Part shown: piece by piece, positions 1 through 8,649 of the stretch
Layout of the letters: each line of letters starts with the position of its first letter
Numbering within the stretch: the stretch's first letter is position 1
Assembly (NCBI GenBank): GCA_045658925.1
Contig: JAZOVV010000002.1
Span: 5,621-69,620, forward strand
DNA from: Eubacteriales bacterium
GTDB taxonomy: Bacteria; Bacillota; Clostridia; Oscillospirales; CAG-272
Direction of reading: 5' to 3'
Length of the DNA stretch: 64,000 bases
Notes under the pieces: model-generated
What the model saw: only the letters and a program-made list of their open reading frames with translations
Told to the model about the DNA's origin: nothing
Database searches by the model: none
Made by a program: the position numbers and the translations under genes

Positions 1-22
1 TTTCAAAAAGGTTCTCCCACAT
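1..22 (-). CDS. 5' end of a CDS running off the left edge (MWENLFE...)
   Basis: ATG at 22..20 is preceded by GGAGGA (plus-strand tcctcc at 28..33), next to the stop of the upstream gene. Only 7 codons are visible. Confidence 0.3.
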
Positions 23-32
23 CTCGTTCCTC

Positions 33-680
33 CTATTCTAAATACAGAGCATCCGCGTTGAGAAACGCGTGAGCGCTCAAGCGAGAATCGGTGGGGATGG
101 TGCGAAAGGCACCGCACTTTTTGCAGGTGACACGCACACCCTCGGATGTGATTTCCGCCTCATAGGCGCGACCGTTGTCGTCGGCGGAGCACTTGCAATA
201 AATCTTGCCCTCGGCATCCATATCGTTGATGACAAACATCACAATATCCAAAATTTGCGGGTCGGGGAGCATATCCTCATCGTCAAGAATTTCCTCGGGA
301 GGCGTCAGGCCGTTCTTTTCCATCATATCAAGGAGTGCGAGCTCGGAGCGCGCCAACTCTGCCTTAACAAGATTCATCTCGCCAAAGAAAGCGAGCGGAA
401 AATCCGATGCGTAAGGGCAGGAAAGCGAGAAGATATCCTTGCCGTAGAATAGAGAACTATTCACCGTAAAAATATGGGGAGTTGCGCAGAGCATGCAGGG
501 AACAGTCAAACGGATTTTTTCATCCTGCGAGGAAACGATGGACATTTCGCTTTTGCCGCAGGTGCATTTGAGTTTGACCATGTCGGCAGAAAGAGAAAAA
601 ACGTTTACTGCGCTGATAACGCCGGCACCGCAGTGCGGACAACGGTAGGCAACCGTTGTGTGTTTGGAGTCAAGAATCAT
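33..680 (-). CDS. Cys-rich hypothetical protein with two zinc-ribbon-like CxxC pairs
   Basis: Open frame from the ORF track. Motifs CPHCG...CTCG and CKC...CKKCG. The first track codon (683) is GTG and ATG follows at 680; AAGGAA lies upstream. Confidence 0.65.
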   Translation of the reverse strand: MILDSKHTTVAYRCPHCGAGVISAVNVFSLSADMVKLKCTCGKSEMSIVSSQDEKIRLTVPCMLCATPHIFTVNSSLFYGKDIFSLSCPYASDFPLAFFGEMNLVKAELARSELALLDMMEKNGLTPPEEILDDEDMLPDPQILDIVMFVINDMDAEGKIYCKCSADDNGRAYEAEITSEGVRVTCKKCGAFRTIPTDSRLSAHAFLNADALYLE

Positions 681-784
681 CACACAAAATTCCTTTTTTG
701 GTTAGTTTTTGATAGTCAATACAGTATATGTACTCGGTTACAAAATGGCACGGAAGACTCCGTGCCATTTTGCGGATAAATGTT

Positions 785-3700
785 TTATTTGTCGGTAACC
801 GTTTCGGTTACGAGATCCTTAATTTTTGCCAAAGCCTTTTCTCTGATTTCATATCCGCCTTCGGAAATGAGACTTTCGAGATGGCTTGTAAAGGCTTCGT
901 TAACCCAACCGCTCTTTGCGGTACGCTTCCAAGAAATCTCGGAGGAAGCGAAGAGAGCCAAATAGTAGCCGGAGCCGTCTTCTGCCTGAATGATCTTGGT
1001 CTCATATGCTTGACGGCCGTCAGCGAAGAGCCATTCTTTCAGGTTCTTGTCGGAAACGCTGGCTTCGGTCAAATCAATACCAATGGTGGGAGAAGTTGTT
1101 TCAACGTATCCGGGCAGGTGACCGCCGGAGGTGTATTCTTCTACTTCGTTGGTGTGCTTGAGAGCAGTGAAGATATCGAGAAGGGCGAAGCCGGTCTTGC
1201 CGTTCAGCTTCTTGAGAGCCTTTTGAGCTTCTTCTTCGGTTTCAAAGAGCTGGTAAGCCGCGTAAACGGTCTTTTCATCGTCGTAAGTTTGCTTTACTTC
1301 TTCGTCAACGAGATAGAGAGTAATACCGGTAATGCTGCTGGCGTTTTTGCTGTCGGTGGTTGCGATGAAGGTAATATCATTTTCCTTGCGTTCGAAGGTA
1401 CGGGAAGCTGCGGTGTTGCCTTCAGCTGCCTTGTACTCATTCTTGAACAACCACTCTTGATACGAGCCGATTGTGATAGAATCGGGGTACTCGACGGAAG
1501 AAGAATCTTCCTTGAGAGAAGCATCCAGCTTGGATTTGATAGCGCGGAAATAGTAGTAGTAATCGCTGTCTTCAATGGCTTTGTACTCAACGTCGCAGGA
1601 GAGATCATCGTAGACCTTGGTTACCTTGTAAACGTAAGAGGTGCCGTTATCGTCTGCTTGATAGAAGGTGTGAAGTGTTCCTTCAACCTTGGTTGCTTTG
1701 TGAGCAGTGGGGTAGAGCTTGTTGAGGATTGCGCTGGGAATTGTATTGGTGTCGTTCTTTTCAAGGGGTTTGGTAGCCTTAACGGTTTTAATATCTTTGT
1801 CCGTTTCTTTATCCCAAACTTTTGCATTTTCGGTTGCCTTGAGAGCGTTGAGCTCTTCCTTTGCAAGGTCCTCAGCAGACTTTTCTGCGGTGGTGTTCTT
1901 TCTGCCGTCGGCAAGCAGGTCTGCCTTGATGAGCTCTTGGTAAGTCTTGGTTACTTCTTCTTCATCCTTTGTAAAGGTGAGAGTCTTGCTGCCATCCTCA
2001 TATTTGTATTCCTTGATGGCTGCTTCTACAACTGTAGTGTTGGGGGTATGGTCGTGTACGTGATCGGTGTCGCCTTCGCTTGCGGTTTCGGTTTCTTTCT
2101 TAGCATCGGGAACTACGTAAACGAGGAATACGTTGTCATCCTTGCCAACGATTACGCTTGCCTTACCCTTGTTTTGGGAGTTGAAGATATAGCTGTAAAC
2201 CTTGCTGTCAAGTGCATTTTCTACAGAGTAGAGGTCTTCGTAGCATTGTACACCGTTTTCGCCAAACAGTTCGGTCAAAGTGGTTTTCAGCGTATCATTG
2301 CCGCTGTCTGCTATAGCTTCGGTAAGGGTTTCGAGCTCCTTGTTTGCTTGCTTGGTCAAAACGAGTTCCTTAAAGTTTGTCTTCAGCATCCATTCAACAA
2401 CGGAGCTTTCAAACTCTTCGAATTTCCAAGTGTAGGTGGGAGCTTTTATTTTGGAGTTGACCAGGTAGAGATTGAAGGTTTCTTCAAAGGTGCGCCACAG
2501 GAATGTGAAGGGATCATCTACAAGCTCAACGTACATAATGGTGTAGTTGGTGGTGGGCTTGTTGTTCTCATCATTCTTGATTTCGGTAACCTTTACAACG
2601 TAGGACTTGAGCATTTCGGAATCGTCTACATAGAAGGTCATACCGTTATAAACAGTGGTGTTCTTATCGTAGAGCTTATCGAGAATAACCTTGGGAGCTG
2701 TGTTGGTGTCATTCTTATCGAGGGGCTTGGTAGTATCCACTTCTTTAACGGTGCTTTGATCTACTTCAGCGGTGTCCTTTTTCATTTGTTCAAGCAGCTC
2801 TTTTGCTTTCTCGGTAGAGGTCTTCTTGTCGTCAGCATTCTCACCTGCCATAATAGCAGCGGTCAATGCTTCCTTGATAGCCTCAATGCTTGCGAGGTTA
2901 CCGTCTTCCAAATCGGTAACGATCAGGTCTTTGCATGCTTCGTAAGTGTACTTCTTGAATGCAACGGTTGCATCGGTTGCAGTGGAGTCCGCCTTGAAGT
3001 AAACGAGATACGCACAGTTGTCACCTGTAACGGTGATAAAGCTACCTGCTTTATTAGCGGTACCGAAGATATAATCGCCAAGAACCTTGTCATCGCCAAG
3101 ATCGGGGGAGTATGTGGTCTCACCGTCGGTGGTGGTTCTTGTATACTTCTTTGCTTCGTTCAAGCCAAGTTCTGTAAGCTTATCGGTCAGAGGAGTCTCT
3201 GTGTCGGTATTCTTGAGTTTGAAAACATCAATATAATCCTTGTTAGCGTAGTACTTTGCAATAGATGCCTCAAAGCGCTCAGCCATGAATTCATCGGTGA
3301 AGAATTCACGCATCATATCCTTATCTGCACCGGTGTAGGAGAAATACTTGCTTTCAAAGAATCCTGCGGGGTTCTTCCAAATGTAGTCTTGCAGTTCGTC
3401 GTCGGTGGGATCATCCTGCAGATCGAAGGACTTGTAATCGCTGTACTTGGAGTACATAACCATAACCTTTGCAGCGTCTTCGATATCGGATGTCTTAAAG
3501 CCATCGCAAATAACCTCTGTCAAGAAGTTTTTAAAGGGAACGATGTTGGCCTCATCTGCAGCATAGCCAAGGTCTATATAGATGTTTTTCATCCAAGTAA
3601 CAACGCCCTTAGCATCTTCCTTGTCGTGTGCCTCGTATTTCATGCCTGCTTCAAGAATGGCAGCATCTGCACCGGCAACCAACTCGATCAGGTAATCCTT

Positions 3701-4150
3701 GATAAGAGACAGACCGGTATTGAGTTGGCTCTGGGTGTAAAAGGTTGCCATTGCCATAGCGTAATCGTCGGGGGATTGATACGTTTTAAGGTCAACGGTA
3801 GTGCTGCTACCGCCGGTGTAAAGGCTTTGATAGTAAGCGTTTATCCAATCGTTATAGCCTTGTTGATACATAGCTTGCCAAAGAATAAACGTTGCCATTT
3901 GTTGGTTGATATCAAATTTGCCGGTTTTACTCTTGACAATAATGCGACCGCGCAAGAAGGTACCGTTGCTCATTGCAGCAGCAAGAACAATACCTGCCAA
4001 AACGGCTACGAGCAGAGCGATAGCAAGCGCACGCTTTGCCCACTTGGGCCATACGAATTGTTTTTTGTTTTTGTTTTTGGTTTCACGTTTTTGGGGTGCT
4101 CCCATTGTTTCTTCAACGCGGAGCTGTTGGTTTCTTTTTCCTTTTCCCAT
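785..4150 (-). CDS. Large membrane-anchored extracytoplasmic modular protein (1121 aa), function unknown
   Basis: ATG 4150. Basic N-terminus, then one TM helix (ALAIALLVAVLAGIVLAAAM). Internal duplication: TKPLDKNDTNTAPKVILDKLY (2669..2731) versus TKPLEKNDTNTIPSAILNKLY (1715..1777). Four (W/Y)(L/I)F...G...Y/FL..Y/F modules. Confidence 0.85.
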   Translation of the reverse strand: MGKGKRNQQLRVEETMGAPQKRETKNKNKKQFVWPKWAKRALAIALLVAVLAGIVLAAAMSNGTFLRGRIIVKSKTGKFDINQQMATFILWQAMYQQGYNDWINAYYQSLYTGGSSTTVDLKTYQSPDDYAMAMATFYTQSQLNTGLSLIKDYLIELVAGADAAILEAGMKYEAHDKEDAKGVVTWMKNIYIDLGYAADEANIVPFKNFLTEVICDGFKTSDIEDAAKVMVMYSKYSDYKSFDLQDDPTDDELQDYIWKNPAGFFESKYFSYTGADKDMMREFFTDEFMAERFEASIAKYYANKDYIDVFKLKNTDTETPLTDKLTELGLNEAKKYTRTTTDGETTYSPDLGDDKVLGDYIFGTANKAGSFITVTGDNCAYLVYFKADSTATDATVAFKKYTYEACKDLIVTDLEDGNLASIEAIKEALTAAIMAGENADDKKTSTEKAKELLEQMKKDTAEVDQSTVKEVDTTKPLDKNDTNTAPKVILDKLYDKNTTVYNGMTFYVDDSEMLKSYVVKVTEIKNDENNKPTTNYTIMYVELVDDPFTFLWRTFEETFNLYLVNSKIKAPTYTWKFEEFESSVVEWMLKTNFKELVLTKQANKELETLTEAIADSGNDTLKTTLTELFGENGVQCYEDLYSVENALDSKVYSYIFNSQNKGKASVIVGKDDNVFLVYVVPDAKKETETASEGDTDHVHDHTPNTTVVEAAIKEYKYEDGSKTLTFTKDEEEVTKTYQELIKADLLADGRKNTTAEKSAEDLAKEELNALKATENAKVWDKETDKDIKTVKATKPLEKNDTNTIPSAILNKLYPTAHKATKVEGTLHTFYQADDNGTSYVYKVTKVYDDLSCDVEYKAIEDSDYYYYFRAIKSKLDASLKEDSSSVEYPDSITIGSYQEWLFKNEYKAAEGNTAASRTFERKENDITFIATTDSKNASSITGITLYLVDEEVKQTYDDEKTVYAAYQLFETEEEAQKALKKLNGKTGFALLDIFTALKHTNEVEEYTSGGHLPGYVETTSPTIGIDLTEASVSDKNLKEWLFADGRQAYETKIIQAEDGSGYYLALFASSEISWKRTAKSGWVNEAFTSHLESLISEGGYEIREKALAKIKDLVTETVTDK

Positions 4151-4288
4151 GGTTGATGTTCCTTTCTTTTTTGACGGGTATGAACGGAGTCATAACACAT
4201 ATAAAGATATTATAACTTTTTAGTGTGAAAATGTTGTGTCTTGATTATGAACAAAGCAGAAATTTTAAACGTAAAAACGACAATTTTA

Positions 4289-5980
4289 TCAAATATTCAT
4301 CACAACAGGGAGTATCATCGGCTTGCGATGGGTTCTGTTGTAAAGGAATTTGGTAAGGTCATCCTTAACGCGACGTTTGAGCTTGATGCGGTCAACGCGT
4401 TCGCGACGCTCCAAAATGCTCATAATCGAGTCGAAAGCGACAGCGCGCACTTCTTCCATCAGCTCTTCGGCTTCGCGAACGTAAATAAATCCGCGGGAGA
4501 TAATATCGGGGCCCGAAAGTAGCAGGTGTTCTTCGGTGTCGACCGTTGCGACGACTACGATAAGACCGTCCTGCGAAAGGTGACGGCGGTCACGCAAAAC
4601 AATGTTTCCAACGTCGCCAACGCCGTATCCGTCTACCAAAATCTTGCCGGCAGGCACCTCACCGCCAAAGCGAGCACCCTTGGCATCAATTTCAAGCACG
4701 CGGCCGATGTCGGAAATAAAGATGTCTTTTTCTTTCATGCCCATATAGCGTGCCAAATCACGGTTGGCGCAAAGATGGGGGCTTTCGCCGTGAATGGGCA
4801 TATAATAGCGGGGTTTTGTCAGTGCGAGCATCAGCTTAATTTCCTCTTGGCAGGCATGTCCCGAAACGTGGAGCTCGGCACCCGCTTCGTGCAAGACCTC
4901 AACGTTGTTTTTGGAAAGCTCGTTGATAATGCGTCCTATCAGCTTTTCGTTACCCGGAATTGCCGAGGAAGAGAGCACAACAACGTCGCCCTGGTTAAGG
5001 GAGACCTGTGCGTGGTCCGAAAACGCCATGCGATAGAGCGCCGACATCGGTTCGCCTTGGCTACCCGTGGTCACAATGGTTACTTCACCGGGCTTGAATC
5101 GATTGATGTCAGTGATGTCAATCAAAATGCCCGAGGGAATTTTCATATACCCGAGCTCGGTAGCTGCGCTGACAATGTTGAGCATACTGCGTCCCGTAAT
5201 GGCAACCTTGCGTCCGTGTTTGGCGCTGGCATCGATAATTTGTTGTACACGGTGTACGTTTGAAGAGAATGTGGCAATAATGACGCGCTTTTTGGAATGT
5301 GTTGCAAAAACACTTGCAAGAGAGGTTCCAACGGTCTTTTCCGAGGGGGTATGACCGGGACGTTCTGCGTTGGTGGATTCACACATCAGCAACAGAACAC
5401 CGCGACGGCCGAGTTCACCGAGACGAACAATATCCATCATTTCGCCATCAATGGGGGTTGTGTCGAGTTTAAAGTCACCCGTATGCAAAATTGTTCCCAA
5501 GGGTGTGTGCAGGGCAATGGCGCAAGCATCTGCGATGGAGTGGTTGACGTGAATGAATTCCGCAACAATGTTACCCAATTTTACCGTATCTCCTGCGTTT
5601 ACCACACGAAGATCGGCTTTCCAAGGCAGTACGTGCTCTTCGAGCTTGTAACGAATAATTCCAAGCGTGAGCGGTGTGCCGTAAACGGGAGCGTTGATGG
5701 TGCGTAACAAATAGGGGATTGCACCGATGTGATCTTCATGCCCGTGCGTCAAAAGGATAGCGCGCAAGCGATCCTTATTGGCTTCCAAATAGGAGATATC
5801 TTGAATGACAAGGTCAATACCCGGCATATCATCCTCGGGGAATCCGAGACCGCAATCGATTACGACCATGTCATCGTTATATTCGATAACGGTCATGTTT
5901 TTGCCGATCTCGCCGAGTCCGCCCAAGGCGATGATGCGAATTTTACCTGCCACAGCTCCTTTTTTCTGTTTTCTTGGCAT
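4289..5980 (-). CDS. rnj: Ribonuclease J (metallo-beta-lactamase/beta-CASP)
   Basis: IIALGGLGEIGKNMTVIEY, HxHxDH motif LTHGHEDHIGAIPYLL; 563 aa is typical of RNase J. Confidence 0.95.
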   Translation of the reverse strand: MPRKQKKGAVAGKIRIIALGGLGEIGKNMTVIEYNDDMVVIDCGLGFPEDDMPGIDLVIQDISYLEANKDRLRAILLTHGHEDHIGAIPYLLRTINAPVYGTPLTLGIIRYKLEEHVLPWKADLRVVNAGDTVKLGNIVAEFIHVNHSIADACAIALHTPLGTILHTGDFKLDTTPIDGEMMDIVRLGELGRRGVLLLMCESTNAERPGHTPSEKTVGTSLASVFATHSKKRVIIATFSSNVHRVQQIIDASAKHGRKVAITGRSMLNIVSAATELGYMKIPSGILIDITDINRFKPGEVTIVTTGSQGEPMSALYRMAFSDHAQVSLNQGDVVVLSSSAIPGNEKLIGRIINELSKNNVEVLHEAGAELHVSGHACQEEIKLMLALTKPRYYMPIHGESPHLCANRDLARYMGMKEKDIFISDIGRVLEIDAKGARFGGEVPAGKILVDGYGVGDVGNIVLRDRRHLSQDGLIVVVATVDTEEHLLLSGPDIISRGFIYVREAEELMEEVRAVAFDSIMSILERRERVDRIKLKRRVKDDLTKFLYNRTHRKPMILPVVMNI

Positions 5981-6157
5981 TGTAAATATGAGAGTTCCTT
6001 TCTTTAGAATGTTCTCTGTTTAGGAGAGAATATGCAAAAAATGAATTGTCAAAAACACCGTTTTGGGGAGCATTTTGTAAAAAAACGCAACAAAAGGAGA
6101 CCTTGCACCCGACAAAGACCACGCACATCTCAGTCGATCAAGGCATTCCTCAAATTC

Positions 6158-6197
6158 AAAAAAAGCATCCGCCGCACGCAAACGCCGTCGGGCGGAT
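6158..6197 (-). terminator. Rho-independent terminator after the spmAB/small-gene unit
   Basis: Stem ATCCGCC (6167..6173) pairs with GGCGGAT (6191..6197). The plus-strand A-run 6158..6164 gives a U-run on the minus transcript. Confidence 0.55.
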
Positions 6198-6281
6198 AAA
6201 CAAAACGGTCACATATCGACTTGCATATTATATCATATAAATGATATAAAGTCAAGAGAAATCTGTTAAAAAGTTTCGACG

Positions 6282-6557
6282 TTAAAGGATCAAAAGCGTC
6301 ACGATTACACTCAAAACGGCACCGCAAAGTCCGCCTATACCAAAAAAGAACCACTGACGGTTTTGCTTTTTGGTAGTCGGGGCGTTGTCGGGAGTAATTT
6401 CCGACAAAATACGGTTTGCTTCCTTCAAAATATCCGTGCTTTTTTTGCGTTCCTTTTGCGCATCTTCGCGGAGCACAAAATAAGCTTCATCAAAATAGCG
6501 ACTGTTGCCCGTGCGAACAACGATCATTTGCTTGCGTGCACCTTTTATCATTTTCAT
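6282..6557 (-). CDS. Small hypothetical protein with C-terminal TM anchor
   Basis: ATG 6557 with GGAGGA upstream; C-terminal hydrophobic segment WFFFGIGGLCGAVLSVIVTLLIL. Confidence 0.65.
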   Translation of the reverse strand: MKMIKGARKQMIVVRTGNSRYFDEAYFVLREDAQKERKKSTDILKEANRILSEITPDNAPTTKKQNRQWFFFGIGGLCGAVLSVIVTLLIL

Positions 6558-6602
6558 CTATCCTCCGTTTTCGTCTTTGCAAAAGTATTTGACTGTTCTG
6601 CT

Positions 6603-7127
6603 TTAAAAAAACCAAATGCGGCACAAAAAACAGGAAAAAAAGATGCAAAAAAGCATAACGGCGGTGGCAATCGGCAGGGCAGCCCCCGAGCGTTTGAGGT
6701 TTACCGAGGAAAAATAAACCGAAATGATGTAGACCATCGTGTCAGAGGTCGCAAAAATGACCGATGCGCAAAGCCCCGCAAAGCTATCCGCACCAACGTT
6801 TTCCAAGAGTTCAACAAAGGAAGCGGTCGAGGCACTGCCCGAGAAAGGACGTGTGAGCAAAAGCGGCACAATCTCGGCAGGGACGCCGATGGCATTGACG
6901 AGAGGAGAAAGAAGCTTTGATAGTAATTCTATTGCTCCCGAGGCATTTAACATTGAAACCGCTACTATCAAAGCGCAGAGTGTTGGCAGAAGCTGCACCG
7001 CTGTTTGAAGCCCCTGCCGCGCACCCATAAGGAAGGAATCAAAGCCGTTTTGCCTGCCATACAAAAGGATGATTCCCACCGCGGCGAGGATGAGTGGCAT
7101 CGGGAGAGCCGAGAGGATATCAATCAT
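6603..7127 (-). CDS. spmB: Spore maturation protein B (nucleoside-recognition/Gate family membrane protein)
   Basis: MIDILSALPMPLILAAVGIILLYG..., directly after spmA. ATG 7127 gives an 8-nt overlap with the spmA stop; the ORF-track start 7163 would overlap by 44 nt. Confidence 0.8.
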   Translation of the reverse strand: MIDILSALPMPLILAAVGIILLYGRQNGFDSFLMGARQGLQTAVQLLPTLCALIVAVSMLNASGAIELLSKLLSPLVNAIGVPAEIVPLLLTRPFSGSASTASFVELLENVGADSFAGLCASVIFATSDTMVYIISVYFSSVNLKRSGAALPIATAVMLFCIFFSCFLCRIWFF

Positions 7128-7731
7128 CTTTTTTTGAGGCACGTATATGCGAAAAACGCGCACGTATACGCAAAAACGAGGTTAAAAGCAGAGAAAAAGC
7201 TACGCAAGAGAGAGAGGTTATCCATACGGGAAGCATAATCGAAAAGGGATTTTGCGAGCCCGCCGCGCGTCGCAGAGCTAACAGGTTTGCAGGCACAAGT
7301 GTCAGGGATGCCGTACTCAAAACCGCTAAAGTGATTTGCTCATTATCTGCGGTATTTGGGTGCGGATTGTGCCGTTGCATTTTCTGCATTGCGCACAAAG
7401 CAAACGGAGTTGCCGCGTTTCCAACTCCTAAAACATTGGCGCTTAAGGTGGCGCAAATTTCCTCGTAGCCTTCACCTGTTTGATATGCTTTTGGAAACAC
7501 GTGTCGCAAAAAAGGCGCAAGAATGCGCGAAATCTTTCTGATAATACCCGCATCTAACAACACCTGCATGACACCGCTCCAAAGGCACATCATACCAAGC
7601 AGTGTGAGGGTGACCTCTACGGCTTTTGAAGCACCGTCCGGAATGGCAGATGCGACCTCTGTGAGATTGCCGCAAAGTGCGCCAAAAAGCAACGAGAGTG
7701 CACAAAGCACTCCAAAAATTTTACCGAGCAT
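7120..7731 (-). CDS. spmA: Spore maturation protein A
   Basis: MLGKIFGVLCALSLLFGALCGN...; GGAGG lies a few nt upstream of ATG 7731. The ORF-track start 7845 adds 38 implausible residues. Confidence 0.8.
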   Translation of the reverse strand: MLGKIFGVLCALSLLFGALCGNLTEVASAIPDGASKAVEVTLTLLGMMCLWSGVMQVLLDAGIIRKISRILAPFLRHVFPKAYQTGEGYEEICATLSANVLGVGNAATPFALCAMQKMQRHNPHPNTADNEQITLAVLSTASLTLVPANLLALRRAAGSQNPFSIMLPVWITSLSCVAFSLLLTSFLRIRARFSHIRASKKDD

Positions 7732-7775
7732 ATGACCTCCGCGTTTCTGTGAAAAGTGCAAAAATGAAAAAAGGC

Positions 7776-7804
7776 TTGACAAAAACCGAAAAAGGGTATA
7801 TAAT
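7776..7804 (+). promoter_or_regulatory. SigA-type promoter for abrB
   Basis: TTGACA (7776..7781), 17-nt spacer, TATAAT (7799..7804), 66 nt upstream of the abrB ATG. Confidence 0.6.
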
Positions 7805-7870
7805 AATCTTTGCGAAAAAGGTCGAGCACCGTCAAATGGTGCCAAAATACCACGAAAAGAGGATTACGTT

Positions 7871-8113
7871 ATGAAATCAACCGGAATGGTTAGAAAAGTA
7901 GACGAGCTTGGCAGAATCGTTCTGCCTGCCGAAATTCGCCAGAGTATGGACATCAACGTACGCGACGCATTAGAGATTTTTACCGACGAGGGACGCATCA
8001 TCTTGCAAAAATATGAGCCTTCCTGTGTGTTCTGCACCAAAGTTGATGGTATCACCCTTTATAAGAACAAACGTATCTGCACAGACTGTCTTGCAGAACT
8101 GAAAGGCATCTAA
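7871..8113 (+). CDS. abrB: AbrB/SpoVT-family transition-state regulator with C-terminal CxxC-x15-CxxC
   Basis: MKSTGMVRKVDELGRIVLPAEIRQSMDI matches the AbrB swapped-hairpin N-domain. The C-terminus is SCVFC...ICTDC. Confidence 0.9.
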   Translation: MKSTGMVRKVDELGRIVLPAEIRQSMDINVRDALEIFTDEGRIILQKYEPSCVFCTKVDGITLYKNKRICTDCLAELKGI

Positions 8114-8170
8114 CCAAACAAAACCGCTCTCTGTTGCGTTATATTTTATGAAGCGCAACGAGAGAATATG

Positions 8171-8220
8171 AAAAAGCCCCGGGGGCACCGTGCAAAAAGC
8201 ACGGTGCCCCCGGGGCTTAT
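8171..8220. terminator. Bidirectional terminator shared by abrB and the convergent mini-ORF
   Basis: Perfect 18-bp stem GCCCCGGGGGCACCGTGC (8176..8193) with GCACGGTGCCCCCGGGGC (8199..8216), loop AAAAA, A/T runs on both flanks. Confidence 0.75.
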
Positions 8221-8229
8221 GCGTTCACA

Positions 8230-8322
8230 TTAGTGGCCGCAGCAGCAGGAAAGCAGAATGATGGCAATGATGATCAACCAAAGGGTGCTGTTGTCAAACA
8301 GATTGCAAAAACAGTTATTCAT
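8230..8322 (-). CDS. 30-aa Cys-rich hydrophobic peptide MNNCFCNLFDNSTLWLIIIAIILLSCCCGH (below ORF-track cutoff)
   Basis: ATG 8322..8320, TAA 8232..8230. GGAGG (plus-strand cctcc 8330..8334) lies 7 nt upstream; the terminator is 10 nt downstream. Confidence 0.55.
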   Translation of the reverse strand: MNNCFCNLFDNSTLWLIIIAIILLSCCCGH

Positions 8323-8547
8323 AGTCGTTCCTCCATAAAATCGCTCAAGAAGCATCTTTTTGCTTCTCTGTTATCATATTATGACGAAAGGGGAGAAATG
8401 TGAAAAGAAACTGTCAGCTTTTGCTGAATTTTGCTAAAATTTCTCTGTTTCGGGTCGCTTACGGAACGCTTTGTGAGGGAAGCATGAAAAGTAACTGAAA
8501 ATTGGCACTAAAAATTAAAAAATATGCACAAAAATTCCAAAAAGGTA

Positions 8548-8576
8548 TAGACAAATGATGGGAGTTGTGCTATAAT
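8548..8576 (+). promoter_or_regulatory. Candidate promoter for the isomerase/oxidoreductase/lipoprotein unit
   Basis: TAGACA (8548..8553), 17 nt, TGc-TATAAT (8571..8576). An imperfect GC-rich palindrome lies in the leader (8596..8637). Confidence 0.45.
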
Positions 8577-8649
8577 AAATTATCTACGATTAAATTCGCG
8601 CGCGCTCACGTACGCATTATAGCGTATACGCGCGTGTAAGGAGGCTCCT

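Noticed and set aside
728-4156. 1142-aa plus-strand ORF
   Set aside because: It is the codon-aligned antisense of the 785..4150 gene. Its F/L/V/G/C-rich composition is typical of the reverse complement of a K/E/D/T-rich protein. It has no RBS, whereas the minus-strand product has a TM anchor and clear internal repeats.
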